Shown: positions 26,083-39,866, counted from the first letter of the whole stretch. The stretch is 63,913 nt of DNA, filler included, from Octopus bimaculoides (GCF_001194135.2; 7 parts of 7 records of this genome joined end to end with filler, not necessarily neighbours in it); one strand, 5' to 3'. A program made the numbers and translations. Notes: generated by a model from the letters alone, not told the origin.

Positions 26083-26979
26083 CACATACACACTCATTAT
26101 TGTGCACACATGGAAAGATACGAACTCACAAACAAACAAATATGCAACACACACACACACACACACACACGCGTGCGTGTAAACATACTCATCATTTTAT
26201 ACTTTCATAAACAAACACGAACGTATAAACACACACACATACACACACGCACATGCACAGAGAGGCACCGTTGTGCACACAATATCACACACATATACAC
26301 ACATAAACTAACTATTGTACACTTTTTAAAACGAACTCAGAGACACGCGAACGAGCACACACACACANNNNNNNNNNNNNNNNNNNNNNNNNNNNNNNNN
26401 NNNNNNNNNNNTTAATTAATTAANNNNNNNNNNNNNNNNNNNNNNNNNNNNNNNNNNNNNNNNNNNNTATATATATATATATATATATATGCGGCGCGCG
26501 CGCGCGTGTGTATTAGATTGCTTACACCTGACGTGATTGCTAATACGGTATCATTGTCTACAGCTTTTGGTGTTACATTTACGAAACCTTAAGTAATTAT
26601 ACGGTTTTAAAATGTAATTTAATGCAATTATGTTTGCTGCCAAGCGAAATCATCCTTTATCACAAACGTGATGGGAGGAAAATCTAAGGAGGACTTAATA
26701 TGATTCACAGAAGTCACGAAAAGTTTCCAACACCAGGATTCTGACAGAAACACCAAGACCATTGAAGAATGTCTGTCTGTTATTAACAACACGAATCATT
26801 AGTGTCTATGTTGCAATTTTTACGTTTTGTTTTTGTGTGTTTATATATATTTTTTTCCCTTCTTTTGAATGGAACAATTTTCCAACTTGTAATCATTCGT
26901 GTATAGTAGAGGTAATTATTTTTTGCAGTTGGATACTCTTATCAGTATTAACCAGTCAACCGTAAAATAGATGAAGAAT

Positions 26980-27360
26980 ATCTGTTTCAAATTTTGGTAG
27001 AAGGCCAGCAATTTCGAAGGACAGGGTGATTCGATTACATCTACCCCGGTGCTCAAATGGTACTTATTTTATCGACTCCGAATATATGAATAGCAAAGTC
27101 GACATCGGTGAAGCTTGAACTCAGAACGTAAAGGCAGACGAAATGCCGCTCAGCATTTCGCCTCAACGGTTCTGCCAGCTCGACGCTTTGCACCCCGTAT
27201 CGATATTGGTTTCAAATTTTGGCACACGGCCAGCAATTTTGATTGTAGTGGGTAGAAGTCGATTACATCGATCCCAATGATCAACTGGTACGTATTTTAT
27301 CGATTCCGAAAGAATAAGAAACAAAGTCTACCTCGGCAGAATTTGAATCCAGAACCTAGA
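26980..27360 (-). mobile_element. Two adjacent diverged MetaSINE-type copies
   Basis: Both carry GGTAC(T/G)TATTTTATCGA(C/T)TCCGAA..AAAGTC(G/T)AC(A/C)TCGG..TTGAA(C/T)(T/C)CAGAAC. Confidence 0.75.
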
Positions 27361-27444
27361 GGGACTATAGACAGACAGACAGACAGACAAACAGAGAGGC
27401 AGGCAGGTAGGTAGATAGGTAGATAAATAGATTGTATGCATATA

Positions 27445-28460
27445 CAGGGTGGTCACTTTTGGGAGGGACACCTCTTTCAAAAGCTTTAACTTTCTTTTAG
27501 CTTATTTCTTTTACCTTACTTTTGAGATGAATAATGTCAGACATCAGGTTGACTCATCAAATGAAAAGATACGCTATAATCGTTGCCTTAAACGTGTAGC
27601 ACAGTAATCCCTCGCCACATCGCGGTTCACCTATCGCGGTTTATTATTTAAGAATACGTCGATTCCTCCGTGGTGTTGTTTTGCATTTATAATAAAATAA
27701 ATGTATACAAATTATAAAAATTATAATAAAAAAAATATACAGTACAGTACTGTTTCTAATTTGTGGATGTTCACCTCTCGAGAGGGGTTTTGCAACGTAA
27801 CACCCGCGATAGTCGAGGGATTACTGTATTGTGATACAGAGATAGCTCGCTTCTCCAAAGGGGCCTGATCCTTCTCGAAAGTTCGAGAAGAGCTGGAAGC
27901 CACTCACGGGATCCGACAACAGCAGCTAAATGCAAAACGCATGCACGGGGTTCTAATAGCATCAGAACACATAACTTTGTACAAAAGGTTAATCAGTGCC
28001 ATTACAAAAGACCTCAAGGTTTCAGAATACACCACTAGAAGAGCTGTGCATGAGGACATCCGGTATAAGTTGTCTGTGATGCAGAGGGGCCAGGTTATGC
28101 CGGATTAGACAAGAGAGAATCTTTCAGTCTGTAGGAAGTGCTTGCTTCACAAACTAAGACACCAAGAGGTTGGAAAGGTTTGATGTTTCTCTGATGAGAA
28201 AAACTCCGTTCAAGACCAAAAATTAAGCCGAACGAATGACAGATGGTTATGGAGAGAATAAGGTTCCAGCGGTGAGACATACCAAGTTCCCAGCAACTAT
28301 AATGGTTCTGGGAGTTTTCTGCAGCGACGGAGATGCCATGCTTCCTCAATTTTTTTCACAGGGCTTAAGAATCAATAACCGCTGTCTACCCTGAAGTGTT
28401 TGAGAAAGTTGTGAGGGCCTGGATAACCAGAGTATGCAACGGAAGATCGTACGTCTTAAG
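27445..28460 (+). mobile_element. Degenerate DD37D (maT-like) Tc1/mariner transposon, 3' truncated, with nested MITE
   Basis: TA|CAGGGTG start; MSDIRLTHQMKRYAIIVAL..EIARF; CFSDEKNSVQDQKLSRTNDRWL; HTKFPATIMVLGV; homologous to the 40304 element. Confidence 0.8.
27602..27826. mobile_element. pogo/Tigger-like MITE (225 bp)
   Basis: TIRs CAGTAATCCCTCGCCACATCGCGG and CCGCGATAGTCGAGGGATTACTG, flanked by CA and TA. Confidence 0.85.
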
Positions 28461-28992
28461 AAAAGTGTGGGTTCGAACAACTCTTCATGATCATGTTCTC
28501 CGAGGCCTCAATGCACTGGAATATTACGTATGGTGATCATTCGTGAGACAGGTCAATCAACATCCCCATTACACCATACAATTTCTCAAGTCTGCCATAA
28601 CCAGCACGATGTCCAAAATTGAAGATCTGGGCCTGTCAACGTTTCCGTTCCCGTACTGCAGTAGCTAGTGAGGCTAACAGTTGATTCATTGATTAGGTGT
28701 GATAAAAGGATCCCCAAGATTATTTCTACCAATTTGTTTTGAAATAATCTTTTCTTTCATGAGCTATGCATCTCTTACTAACTTCACACAAATTAACTCA
28801 AAACGACGCACCCAGTATATACACATACCTATAAATACATACATATACATGTGTGCGTGTATGAGTGTCACTGTGTCTATGTATGTTTGGATNNNNNNNN
28901 NNNNNNNNNNNNNNNNNNNNNNNNNNNNNNNNNNNNTTAATTAATTAANNNNNNNNNNNNNNNNNNNNNNNNNNNNNNNNNNNNNNNNNNNN

Positions 28993-29336
28993 GTGCCACC
29001 CGCACAAGAACCAGTCCAGGGGCACTGGCAACGATCTTACTTGGCTTGCCGGGTCTTCTCACGCACAGCCCATTTCCAAAGGTCTCGGTCCGTAGTCATC
29101 GCCTCGGTGAGGCCCAATGTACGAAGGTCTTGCCTCACCACCTCAGCCCAGGTCTTCCTGGGCCTACCTCTTCCACGGGTTCCCTCAACTGTTAGGGTGT
29201 GGCACTTTTTCACGCAGCTATCCTCCTCCATTCTCACCACATGTCCATACCAGCGCAATCGTCTCTCTTGCACGCCACAACTGATGCTTCTAATGTTCAG
29301 CTTTTCTCTCAAGATACTTACACTCTGACGGGTATT
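28993..29336 (-). mobile_element. RTE-clade LINE, ORF C-terminus and start of 3' UTR
   Basis: RQSVSILREKLNIRSI..ERRLRWYGHVVRM..GTRGRGRPRKTWAEVVRQDL..DRDLWK, stop at 29037. Confidence 0.93.
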
Positions 29337-30825
29337 ATCGATGTATATAGATATAGGTGTATACATGTATATGTGTAGATGTATATATATATATAGATGT
29401 ACATGTAATATGTACGCATATATATACACATATATATATATACACATATATACACACCCCACACACACACATAAGTGCTGGTGTGGCTGTGTGGTAAGAA
29501 ACTTGGTTCCAAAACACATGCTCCTGGGTTCAGTACCACTGTGTGATGACTTGGCATGTGTCTCCAGAGATTTTGATCCTTCTAGGAGCTTTCGTCTGTT
29601 CAGGAGCTGTGATCCAGCCTCATTTTTGCATCACATCTGTAACCTCCATGTATGCAAGAGCAGCCATCATGATATTGTTCAACATTGCTGCTAAAATTGC
29701 TGGCCTTGATAGTGAGTCTACTGTTGCTTGTTATGGACCTTAGTTTACAGTATAGATTCATAAAAGCAGTCATATCTAACTGCCAGTGCATATGCAGACA
29801 TAATAGTCACTGCAATGTCTATAATTAGTTATTTAATCACATATTTTGATAACCTCATTTACCTTCATTATCATTTCTATCATCATCATCATCATCATCA
29901 TCATCTGACATCCGCTTTCCATGCTGGCATGATTTGGATGGTTTGACTGAAAACTGGTAAGCTGGAGTGCTGCACCAAGTTCCAGTCCAATTTGGCAAGG
30001 TTTCTACAGCTGGATGCCCTTCCTAATATGCCAACCACTCCCAGAGTGTAGTGGAACGATATACCTGCATTTGCTACCCCATCATGGTTACCCAGCCAGA
30101 AGAATTCGTACGTTTGTTCTTTGCCTGTGTTGGGTCTGGCTGAGGTACTCTCCTGCATCTTGTCTCTTGTACACAGCCCTCTCTACCAAACTCCACCCTG
30201 TCCCACTTCCATCATCTGTAAAAATTCTCAGCTTTAATCTTATCAACGTTGATGGCGACAGCTTTAAAGTTTTGAACCTGACACAGATAATGCAGAAGAG
30301 TTGGGGGGTCAATCCTGTTAGTGAATGGGGTGCTTGTTATCTGTTTCCTGCATTTGTAATAAAGAGAGTTCATGTGACCATCTGATAACATTTATACCCA
30401 CAATTGCTTGTTTTTTTATCTATAGTTAATCGTTTTGCTGTTTATTCCTTCATTTGCCAATGATCTATGACAGATACCGGCTGTTACCTGTTATTTCTTA
30501 CATTTGCAACTCAAATTCTGAGGAAAATGCAAATGGTATTCAACATTGAGTATCATCATCACCATCATCACCATCATCTTAATGTCCACTTCCAAGCTTG
30601 CATGGACTGAATTTTCTTGAGGGGGATTTTCTACAGCTAGATATCCTTCATGTCTCCAACCCTCATCTATCTCCACGTAAGGTAATATTTCCCCATGGCC
30701 AGACTTATTTTCACAGAACATTGGAAATGAAGGACATGACTTTTATGATGGCGACAATCATTTACAACTGTCCCATGATATCAAGGCAAAGTGACAGTAA
30801 CACACACTCACACATACACTCATAT

Positions 30826-30859
<34 letters not shown>

Positions 30860-30880
30860 AGTGAGCCAAGGATGGAGAAA

Positions 30881-31656
30881 GTTGACATGGAGAAAGCCTT
30901 TGACAGGGTCCCCCGATCCCTTATCTGGTGGTCAATGAGGAAACTTGGGATAGAAGAATGGTTAGTGAGAGCTGTGCGAGCCATGTACAGAGATGCTGCC
31001 AGTAAGGTGAGGGTTGGAAATGAGTACAGCAATGAATTCCGGGTAGAGGTAGGGGTCCACCAAGGTTCCGTCCTCAGCCCCCTCTTATTTATCATAGTCC
31101 TCCAGGCAATCACAGAGGAGTTCAAGACAGGTTGCCCCTGGGAGCTCCTCTATGCTGATGACCTTGCCCTAATTGCGGAGTCACTATCAGAACTAGAGGA
31201 GAAGTTTCAGGTGTGGAGNNNNNNNNNNNNNNNNNNNNNNNNNNNNNNNNNNNNNNNNNNNNNNNNNNNNNNNNNNNNNNNNNNNNNNNNNNNNNNNNNN
31301 NNNNNNNNNNNNNNNNNNNNNNNNNNNNNNNNNNNNNNNNNNNNNNNNNNNNNNNNNNNNNNNNNNNNNNNNNNNNNNNNNNNNTGAAAGTGTAGCTGCT
31401 AGAATAAGAATAACCTGGGCAAAGTTTAGAGAGCTCTTACCCCTGCTGGTGACAAAGGGACTCTCACTCAGAGTAAAAGGCAGACTGTATGACGCATATG
31501 TACGAACAGCCATGCTACATGGCAGTGAAACATGGGCTGTAACTGCTGAGGACATACGTAAGCTCGCAAGGAATGAAGCCAGTATGCTCCGTTGGATGTG
31601 TAATGTCAATGTGAATACCTGTCAGAGTGTAAGTATCTTGAGAGAAAAGCTGAACA
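30881..31656 (+). mobile_element. RTE-clade LINE reverse transcriptase fragment
   Basis: VDMEKAFDRVPR..GVHQGSVLSPLLFIIVL..LLYADDLALIA, then after the gap KGRLYDAYVRTAMLHGSETW..MLRWMC; reading frame clean. Confidence 0.95.
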
Positions 31657-32097
31657 CTCATTATGACTGTGGCCATGCTGGAGCACCACCTTTAGTTGAA
31701 CAAATCGACCCCAGGACTTATTCTTTGTAAGCATAATACTTATTTTACCGATTCTTTTGCCAAACTGCTAAGTTAGAGGGACATAAACACACCAACATCA
31801 TTTGTCAAGCAATGGTGGGGGGAGACAGACAGACACACAAACACACACACACATACATATGTAAACGATGGGTTTCTTTCAGTTTCTGTCTACCAAATCC
31901 ACTCACAAGGCTTTGGTCAGCCCGAGACTATAGTAGACAACACTTGCCCAAGGTGCCATGCAGTGGGACTGNNNNNNNNNNTGGTCAGCCCGAGACTATA
32001 GTAGACAACACTTGCCCAAGGTGCCATGCAGTGGGACTGAACCCAGAACCATGTGGTTGGGAAGCAAGCTTCTTACCACACAATCACGCCTGCACTT
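31657..32097 (-). mobile_element. SINE family A copy
   Basis: Reverse complement of the family A body and head; a segment is duplicated across the 10-N gap at 31972-31981. Confidence 0.8.
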
Positions 32098-33446
32098 ATA
32101 TATTTTAAAGATTTTTTTTTTATTTGATAAGAATTTTACATCTATGGTTTGGTTGCTTCCTTTTGGCATCTGTAAATAAGTTAACCAAATATAAAATCCC
32201 TTCCACTCTACAGATATCTTGTATTGAGTACCTTCTACTTAACGGTGGCTACCCATGCCTCCTACTCATACTCAATAGAAGGTGCTCTTTATACCTGTGA
32301 GTCACATGATCTTATTAGAGAAGATACCACAAAAACGTTCTCAGTGTACTCTATAAAGGAGTCAGTGTTAGGAAGGACATCCAGCCATAGAAACCATGCC
32401 AAAGCAGACACTGGAACATTTGCCGTCCCTCAGTTCCATTGAATCCTGTTAAACTGTCCAACTCAAACCAACATGGAGCATGGCTGTTAAACAATGATGA
32501 GGATATATATGTATTTTAATCAGCTTGACCGCTGGTGTTGGTTTGCTTACTTCCCCATAACTTAGTGGTTTGGCATAAGAGACCGATAAAACACTGAGGA
32601 CAATTTGTTTGACTAAACTCTTCAGGGTGTGTCCAGCATGATCACAGTTCAGCTACTGAAACAAATAAAAGATAAAATATATAGTATTTTTTATTCTTGT
32701 GTGTGGATTATTGAACGGTAGAGTTGGTAGACTATAAATGCAATGTAATATTGACTTGCAAAATCTTTTATAAAAATTTCAAGGAAATAACTGTTGCCAT
32801 TGAAAACTCACTGAATTTTACAACTGGTCTTTTGAACTGCCTAACAACAAAAAGCCATTAAAGAACGCTGCATGTGTGGAAGTCAATAGGCAAGGGAAGA
32901 GAAGAAAAAGGCTTGGTTCTTTATTGATTTACTGATTGTAGCATATTAAATACCTACCTGCCCAATATGGAGACATACATGCAAGTGACTTTGCTCAGGG
33001 CTTCTCATTGGTGCTATGAATGTATGGATGCATTCTTCCATGCATATATGGTGCCAGTGATGGACCCTGTGTGAGGTCACTTGACATGTTAAAATTAGCA
33101 GCTAATTCTTCCTGAAACTACACCCTATGTATGTACTATCTTAAAATGAGAATGTATTGGATGGGGTCAGCTGCTGTAAAATATGACTGAACACCGATCA
33201 AGAGGGGGGCTGCGGTGGTGGTCACAGTTGGATCACTTTTGATTATATGTCTGCTTGAATGTATCTGACTTGGTGGCTAAGTAACGATGATAGAGACTTG
33301 TGTGTATGTGTGTGTGTGTTCATATGCAAGTGCATGTACACAGTCGAATCACTTCAAGGTCACTTGCATTTAGAATGCTATCTTTCTTTTCTCCTTTCCC
33401 ATCACTTTTAGCTTTAGCCGTGACCATAGATATATATATATGGGTG

Positions 33447-33484
<38 letters not shown>

Positions 33485-35331
33485 TGGGGGAAATAGGGCC
33501 ATTGGGTTTGAAAGCAGTGTGGCCTTATTGTGTTTGTTCTCTCTTTCTCTGATGACACATTTTAGCAAACAATTCAGATGGTAAAGCAAAATAAACTAAA
33601 CTAAACTAAAATAAAAATAAAAAAAATGCTTGTCAATGGTGAGTTGCTGATCAAAGCTGTACTGATGTTGTAACAAAATGGATTGTGTAGGGTGGCAGGG
33701 AACAGTCAAAGTCAGAAATAGAATTACTGATTTCAAATAAAGGGAATATGTGTACAGAATGTTGTCATTATCAATGAGTAACCACATACGTAATGGGCAC
33801 TCACTATACATGCCTCCCCTTGTTCAGTGCTTTGCCTACCATTAACGTATGTTCATGCATTCATTTGGCAACAGTGTAGTTGAATGGTTAAGGATTCTGC
33901 TTTGCAATTTTAAGGTCCTGGGTTTGATCCCTGTGTGTGGCATCTTGGATGATTGTTTTTTACCGTTGCCTTGTGTATTTCTTATAAAACTCAGGAGGAA
34001 AATAATTTGTGTATGGAGATAGAAGATTCCACTTTTTTCAGAGGAAAGGTCGGTTGGTGAACAGCGTGAAAGACTTACTGCTATAGTACATTGATGCCCG
34101 GAAAAAAACAAAGCATATTTGTTTTGTTTCACCTTCATGCTTTGATTAATGTTAATTTTTAATCTAATAAAGACTTTAATATTGATTAAATGTATTTGTT
34201 GCTGATTATAGATAAGATAAAATCATAACAATAACAATAAATCTTATAGTTGTAAAATAAGGCATTTTGAAACTACATAAACGTCAACAACAAAAAAGCT
34301 AGCTGCGGACCCATAGCTTTTTTGGTCTTTTAGATACTGGTGCACTTTCAACACCGGTGTGATTTATGTGTGGATAAAGCCAAAATTTTCCCCAAAATTT
34401 GGCTCTGCAGCTTAAATACCAATGTGTTTTATAGACTTAATAGTTGACAGGTTTTGCCAAACAGCCATCTAGAGAGAAATATTTAGATGTATTAATGCCA
34501 TAGTTAGCAATTATGGAAACATAAATGTGATGCAATAATTGCGAGGAATTGCGTATAATTTGCACTTTTAGATGATGATTTAAAACTTCTTAATATTTTG
34601 GAGTGGAGGTAATTGTCCTAAATTGGCCTGATACAGATTTACCATATGGGGTCTGATCCTCTGCCTGAGGCTTCCATTAAGGATACACATGTTTCCGGAA
34701 TACTCAACCACTTATGAATTCTTTCTTTTTTCTTGCTTTATTTATTTACTGATTCCATTGAGTTTGATGCGGCCATGCCAACCTTTTTTGCCTGGCCAGA
34801 GAGTTCTTTTCTTATTAAGAAATTCTTCAACTTCCTTCTTTTCTTTCCTTCTTTCTTTCTCTCTCTCTCTCTCTTTCTTCTTTGCTTCATTCTTTCTTTC
34901 TCTCTCCCTCTCTCCTTTATTTCTTTCCCTTCTTTCTTTCTTTCCCTTCTTTCTTTCTTTCTTTCTTTCTTTCCTTCCTTTTTTCTTTCCCTCTTTCTTT
35001 CTGTCTGTCTGTCTCTGTCTGTCTGTTGTACCAATTAGCTTGGTGCAGCCATGGCTGGCCTTTTTTTTTCTTTGTTTAGCCAGAGAGTTTCTCAGTCAGT
35101 AGATTTCAGTTTATGAATCCATTATCATTAGGGTCGTGAAACATGATAGCTGGCCACAATGCAGCAGTAAATATATTCTGATAATTCTTTTTGCAACTGC
35201 TGGTAGTTACCAATTTAAATCAATCTCATCTCAATAATGACCAAATTGACCTAATTTAACTTTGGGTAGAATATACTGTCTATGAATGTTTATGTGTGTC
35301 TATAATACATTATCTACATATCTGAGTACGC

Positions 35332-35364
<33 letters not shown>

Positions 35365-37316
35365 AGAAGATTATAAAATTCTTGTGTGTCATTAACTTTA
35401 TGCATGCTTACATATAGTTTTATGATCTTCCCCATATATATTTTCACTTTAATGAGAATTAGCCAATAGTTTTTGTGGAGTACATGTGTATAAAACTTTT
35501 GCAAGAAGAACAACAATATAATTTAGAAGTTTTGGCCTGCTAAGCTTTTATCAAACCATTACTACACTTGGGTTCCTTTTAGCTTTGTGCAGTTTTCAAT
35601 GAGTTTGTTTTTCTGGGGTAGGTGCAGCTCTGTAGGAAATAGTTAATTAGGCTTGATATGTGTATGTCTGGGAAATGGATTATAGGCTGTGGACAGGAGT
35701 ATCGGATTGGAGTCATGAGATTGCTTGTATAAAAAAAAAGCTGGTTTTTGGTTGTGTTTCATGATTCACAAGGTTTCTAGTAGTATCTATAGGGGATTTC
35801 TTGTAGTTTTTCAGCATGTTTATCTATATTCATATTATATTGTCTTAGACACATGCATAAGTGTAACTGTAGGGCATCATACCTGTTTGTGTGTGTGTAT
35901 ATCTGTATTCCTCCCCATGCATACTGACATATATGTATATTGTATGCATAAACAATCATGTATGCAAACTTGTACACACATATAATTATTCAAACACCCA
36001 GCCATATGTATATCTATCAGTGTGTATGTATACATATATATGTGTGTATGTGTATATCGTAAATGAAAGATGGAAGATGGAATATATGAGAATTTATTAT
36101 AAATCATGACAATTGTTTCGACACATCTAGCATTGGTCCTTCACGGCGGGGAGGGACACTTGACAACTGGTTCAGGAGCATCCGGCAGTGCATATGTATC
36201 TCATCGGGTGATAAATAGACATAACTCATCATCATCATCGCTTGATATCCATCTTCCATGCATGCATAGGTAGGACGGTTGACAGGAGCCAGCTAGGTAG
36301 AAAAACTACCCTAGGCTACTGTGTCTGTTTTGGCAGGGTTTTTTCGGCTGGATACCCTTCCTAACACTAACCACTCTGAGGAATGGACTCAGTGCTTTTT
36401 ATGTAGCACTAGCACAAGCGAGGTTAGTTTTGGCATGATTTCTACAGCTGGATGACCTTCCAAATGCCAACCACTTTGCAGTGTGGACTGGATGCTTATT
36501 ACGTGGCATCAGCACTGGTAGGATAACCAAGTAACTCGCAAGACAAGGAATTATTAGAGGGGCAGGGGAATTTGAGGAGGGGAACTTGTGTCAGAGGATG
36601 AAAGGTTAGAATGTGACAGAGACAGAAAAGTAGAGACAGGTGTCTTGCTATAATGGTGGGGGCATTGGAGGAGGTGGTCCAATATCAGATGATGAAAGGT
36701 GAGAGCATGACAGAGAAATAGAGGCGGAAATAGTTGTCTTGCTATAGAGGGGGTACATGGTTACCTAGTGAGAGGGAAAGAAAGAGAAGAAAGATAGAGG
36801 GAGAGGGAAAGGAAAGAGAGATGGAGAGAGGTATAAGAAAGAGGACAGAAACAGGTATTCTGATGTAAAGGAGATATTTGGTTATCTAGTCAGAGGAAAA
36901 ACAAGAGGAGAGAGAGAGAGAGATCAAGAATGAGGACAGAGATAGGTGTGCTGCTGTAGAGATTTATGGCTACCCAGCCAGAGAGAGGTGCAAGGGAAAG
37001 AGGGAGGGGAAGCAACGAAAGTGTAAGAGAAAGCAGGAGAGAGATGGTGAGGTGCCAGGGTATATGCACAAGTAAAAAAGATCAGAGCATAGATGTGATG
37101 CATAGAGTAAGGAAGAGAGAGGTACAGAAGTCGTAATATATGCAATCAGGTGTTGCCAAGAAGGCACAAGTAGGTAGCGGGGATTGCAGTGACTGGCAAA
37201 AGCCTGGGTAGACTAAAGATAGAGCTATGGGAAAGTTATAAAATTTTTCTTCAGCCTTGACTGTGTGTAAAGTGGTGGGAGACCCTCTTTCATGTTGCTA
37301 GACTTCTTCATCATCA

Positions 37317-37536
37317 TCATCATCGTTTAACGTCCGCTTTCCATGCTAGCATGGGTTGGACGATTTGACTGAGGACTGGTGAAACCGGATGGCAACACCA
37401 GGCTCCAGTCTGATTTGGCAGAGTTTCTACAGCTGGATGCCCTTCCTAACGCCAACCACTCAGAGAGTGTAGTGGGTGCTTTTACGTGTCACCCGCACGA
37501 AAACGGCCACGCTCGAAATGGTGTCTTTTATGTGCC
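37317..37536 (-). mobile_element. RTE LINE 3' UTR with (ATG)n tail
   Basis: CATCATCATCGTTTAACGTCCGCTTTCCATGCTAGCATGGG..CTACAGCTGGATGCCCTTCCTAACGCCAACC; older copies at about 29880-30060 and 36230-36520. Confidence 0.75.
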
Positions 37537-37636
37537 NNNNNNNNNNNNNNNNNNNNNNNNNNNNNNNNNNNNNNNNNNNNTTAATTAATTAANNNNNNNN
37601 NNNNNNNNNNNNNNNNNNNNNNNNNNNNNNNNNNNN

Positions 37637-37866
37637 TTCCACCACAACATTCTCTCACTCTTTCTTCCTGTTTCTGTTGTGCCTGTAATTCAAAGGGTCA
37701 GCCTTGTCACACTGTGTCATGCTGAATATCCCCGAGAACTACGTTAAGGGTACACATGTCTGTGGAGTGCTCACCCACTTGCACGTTAATTTCACGAGCA
37801 GGCTGTTCCGTTGATCGGATCAACTGGAACCCTCGACGTCGTAAGCGACGGAGTGCCAACAACAAC
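37637..37866 (+). mobile_element. OK/OR-type SINE, 3' half
   Basis: Matches 13520-13742 and ends GGAGTGCCAACAACAAC. Confidence 0.85.
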
Positions 37867-37884
37867 AATATATATATATTCCTC

Positions 37885-38399
37885 ACAATTCCTCGCTCAA
37901 AATTCCTGGGAAGACACACCTATCATATTACAAAGTTCGTCAGTTGTTTGGTGACGATCCTCCAAGATCAGTTTATGAATTTTCATGGTGTTTTCATTCG
38001 TCCAGGAGGGCGACGGTCGCCCTGAACGAGGTTGGTCCTCAGGCGACAAGGTCGTAACCTTGTGTTTTCCTCATGGCAGCAGTCTTGTAAGTTGTTTGAA
38101 GTATGACAACTGGTTTTTCCCCAGCAGAAAACAGAATTTCACGCCGTTTTTCCCAGCAGAAAACAGAATTTCACGGAAGCACGCCGTTCCTTCATTTCAG
38201 CCATCACAAAAATCGACGAACAGGGGAGAAGCAGTGCAAAGCAAAGACGCATTACGTGGTAGTACGACATCAGCCGACGACGCCGGTCGGCAGAGTGATG
38301 CTTAAGTGCCGCATCAAGTGGCTTCTAACGGCGGAAGTCTGAACTACAACGGGCTAGTCCCTCGAAAAACGTTTCCGTTTACTTTTTGGGACCACCTCG
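37885..38399 (-). mobile_element. mariner (DD34D-type) transposon 5' fragment
   Basis: TA|CGAGGTGGTCCCAAAAAGT TIR; ATG at 38204: MAEMKERRASVKFCFLLGK..ILQTTYKTAAMRKTQ..DQPRSGRPS..LILEDR; tandem duplication of the VKFCFLLGK-coding segment. Confidence 0.85.
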
Positions 38400-39722
38400 T
38401 ATATGCATAGACGTTTGCACATGTTCTGACAGTACATTTGCATATAATGTTTTTTTTTTCCTGTATCTACCACTACTTTTTATACTATGCTATTTCAGCT
38501 TGGTTACTATTTGTCTTACACCTGTTTTTATTTTTCTTCTTAATGATACTGTCGTGGTTATTGTTCTTGTTCTTGTTACATTCCTTATTATCCTCGCTGT
38601 TATCCCAAACGTCGTTATTATCAGTGTTTTCAGCATTCACATCGGTATTTACATTAAGTATGCTAATACCGATATTATTACTTATATTAGGATTATCTTA
38701 ACTACTTCGATTATGCCTTCCACCACTATTGTTATCCTTATTTGTGGGACCTCCGTTATCTAGGACCATCTTTTTAGTATTCGTTATTACTTGGTTCAGC
38801 TTCCTACCATTAAGTCTATGAATATGGTATTCCAAGTAATGTGATGATGTGTAGGACATTTTAACCATATGTCTATTAAAACTTTTTATATTGCGTACAA
38901 GATTTAAGAAAATATCTATCCAATGCGGAGAAAAATTCTCTAATTATTTTTGATGATACATACACCAGATTTTATCGCAATACTCTACCTTTATTAGAAT
39001 TAGTATTCGATAATTGCTATAGTGTACGATAGAGTCATGAGAATGAGAATTCAAACTAGATTTTTTATTGACATATTAAATCATCCTTATTTTTATCATC
39101 AGTTTTATTTTCAGTAACGTTTTGTTCTCTACTATGCAAATACAAATTTAAACCTTTCTTTTCCGTAAATTCAACGCTACCATCTGCATTTAATCTATGT
39201 TCACCATACGTCCTACCTCTATATATATATTTTTTTTTTATTACCTATTCTGAAGTATATACTTAACTTTTTTCGCTATACCCTGCACTAGTTAATGCTG
39301 CCTGCAGGGGAGTTGAATATTACTTCGTTCGCAGAAACCTTGAAATTGTATTGGATACAATATTTACAAATTTGTTTATAATTCAGTGTGGATGATTTGA
39401 TGCTTTTGTTGACAAACATTAGATTTTCAATAAGTTTATGTATGGTGCGTATAAGCCAGTTTTTAAATTACAACAATATCTTCTGACGTACGTAATGTGC
39501 ATCTAGGAGCGATGACTAAACGCTTGAAAACTGAGGTCACAAGGGTAATTAAAGAACTGTAGAGAATGATATTTGGTCCGAGATATTTAAAGACCTTTTA
39601 TGGTGTTATTATTTATAATTTTCTCCTATATTTTCTTTTTTTTTTTCTGTTTTCAGTTTTAAAATTTCCAAAACACGTAAAACAGTTTATAAATACTTAC
39701 GTTTTCTTCACTATTGTTTTAG

Positions 39723-39866
39723 GAATCTTCTTTAATATAGGAAAAGAATGGAAGGATTTGAAAAAATTTACTATTTCAACACTGCGGGATTTAGGAATGG
39801 GTAAGGAAAAGCTAGAAGAACAGATATACATGGAAACCCAGACCTTAGCCGATGCTTTTCAATCTC
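39723..39866 (+). CDS. CYP2-like: Cytochrome P450 clan 2 (CYP2-like), copy 1: C-helix exon (3' end in N gap)
   Basis: ttttag acceptor, phase 1; GIFFNIGKEWKDLKKFTISTLRDLGMGKEKLEEQI matches CYP2 GxxFSNGxxWKxxRRFxLxTLRxFGMGKxxxEExI. Confidence 0.93.

Noticed and set aside
28993-37536. The block's end (..TTTTATGTGCC, 37536) appears to continue into its own start (GTGCCACCCGC.., 28993), suggesting a circle
   Set aside because: Both ends abut linkers and lie in the 3' UTR of a young high-copy RTE; contig breakage at the same repeat node is the simpler explanation.
38280-38400. Promoter-like CpG stretch with GGCGGAAGT (ETS) and ACTACA motifs upstream of the CYP
   Set aside because: It is the 5' UTR and TIR of the minus-strand mariner at 37885-38399.
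38386-38763. 125-aa hydrophobic ORF resembling a membrane protein or P450 anchor
   Set aside because: Encoded by a degenerate ATT/GTT triplet low-complexity tract; no PPGP motif or splice support.
39480-39600. VHLGAM..RVIKEL resembling CYP exon 2 (LG..IKEAL)
   Set aside because: In-frame stop, wrong spacing, and no FxxRP motif or matching splice sites.
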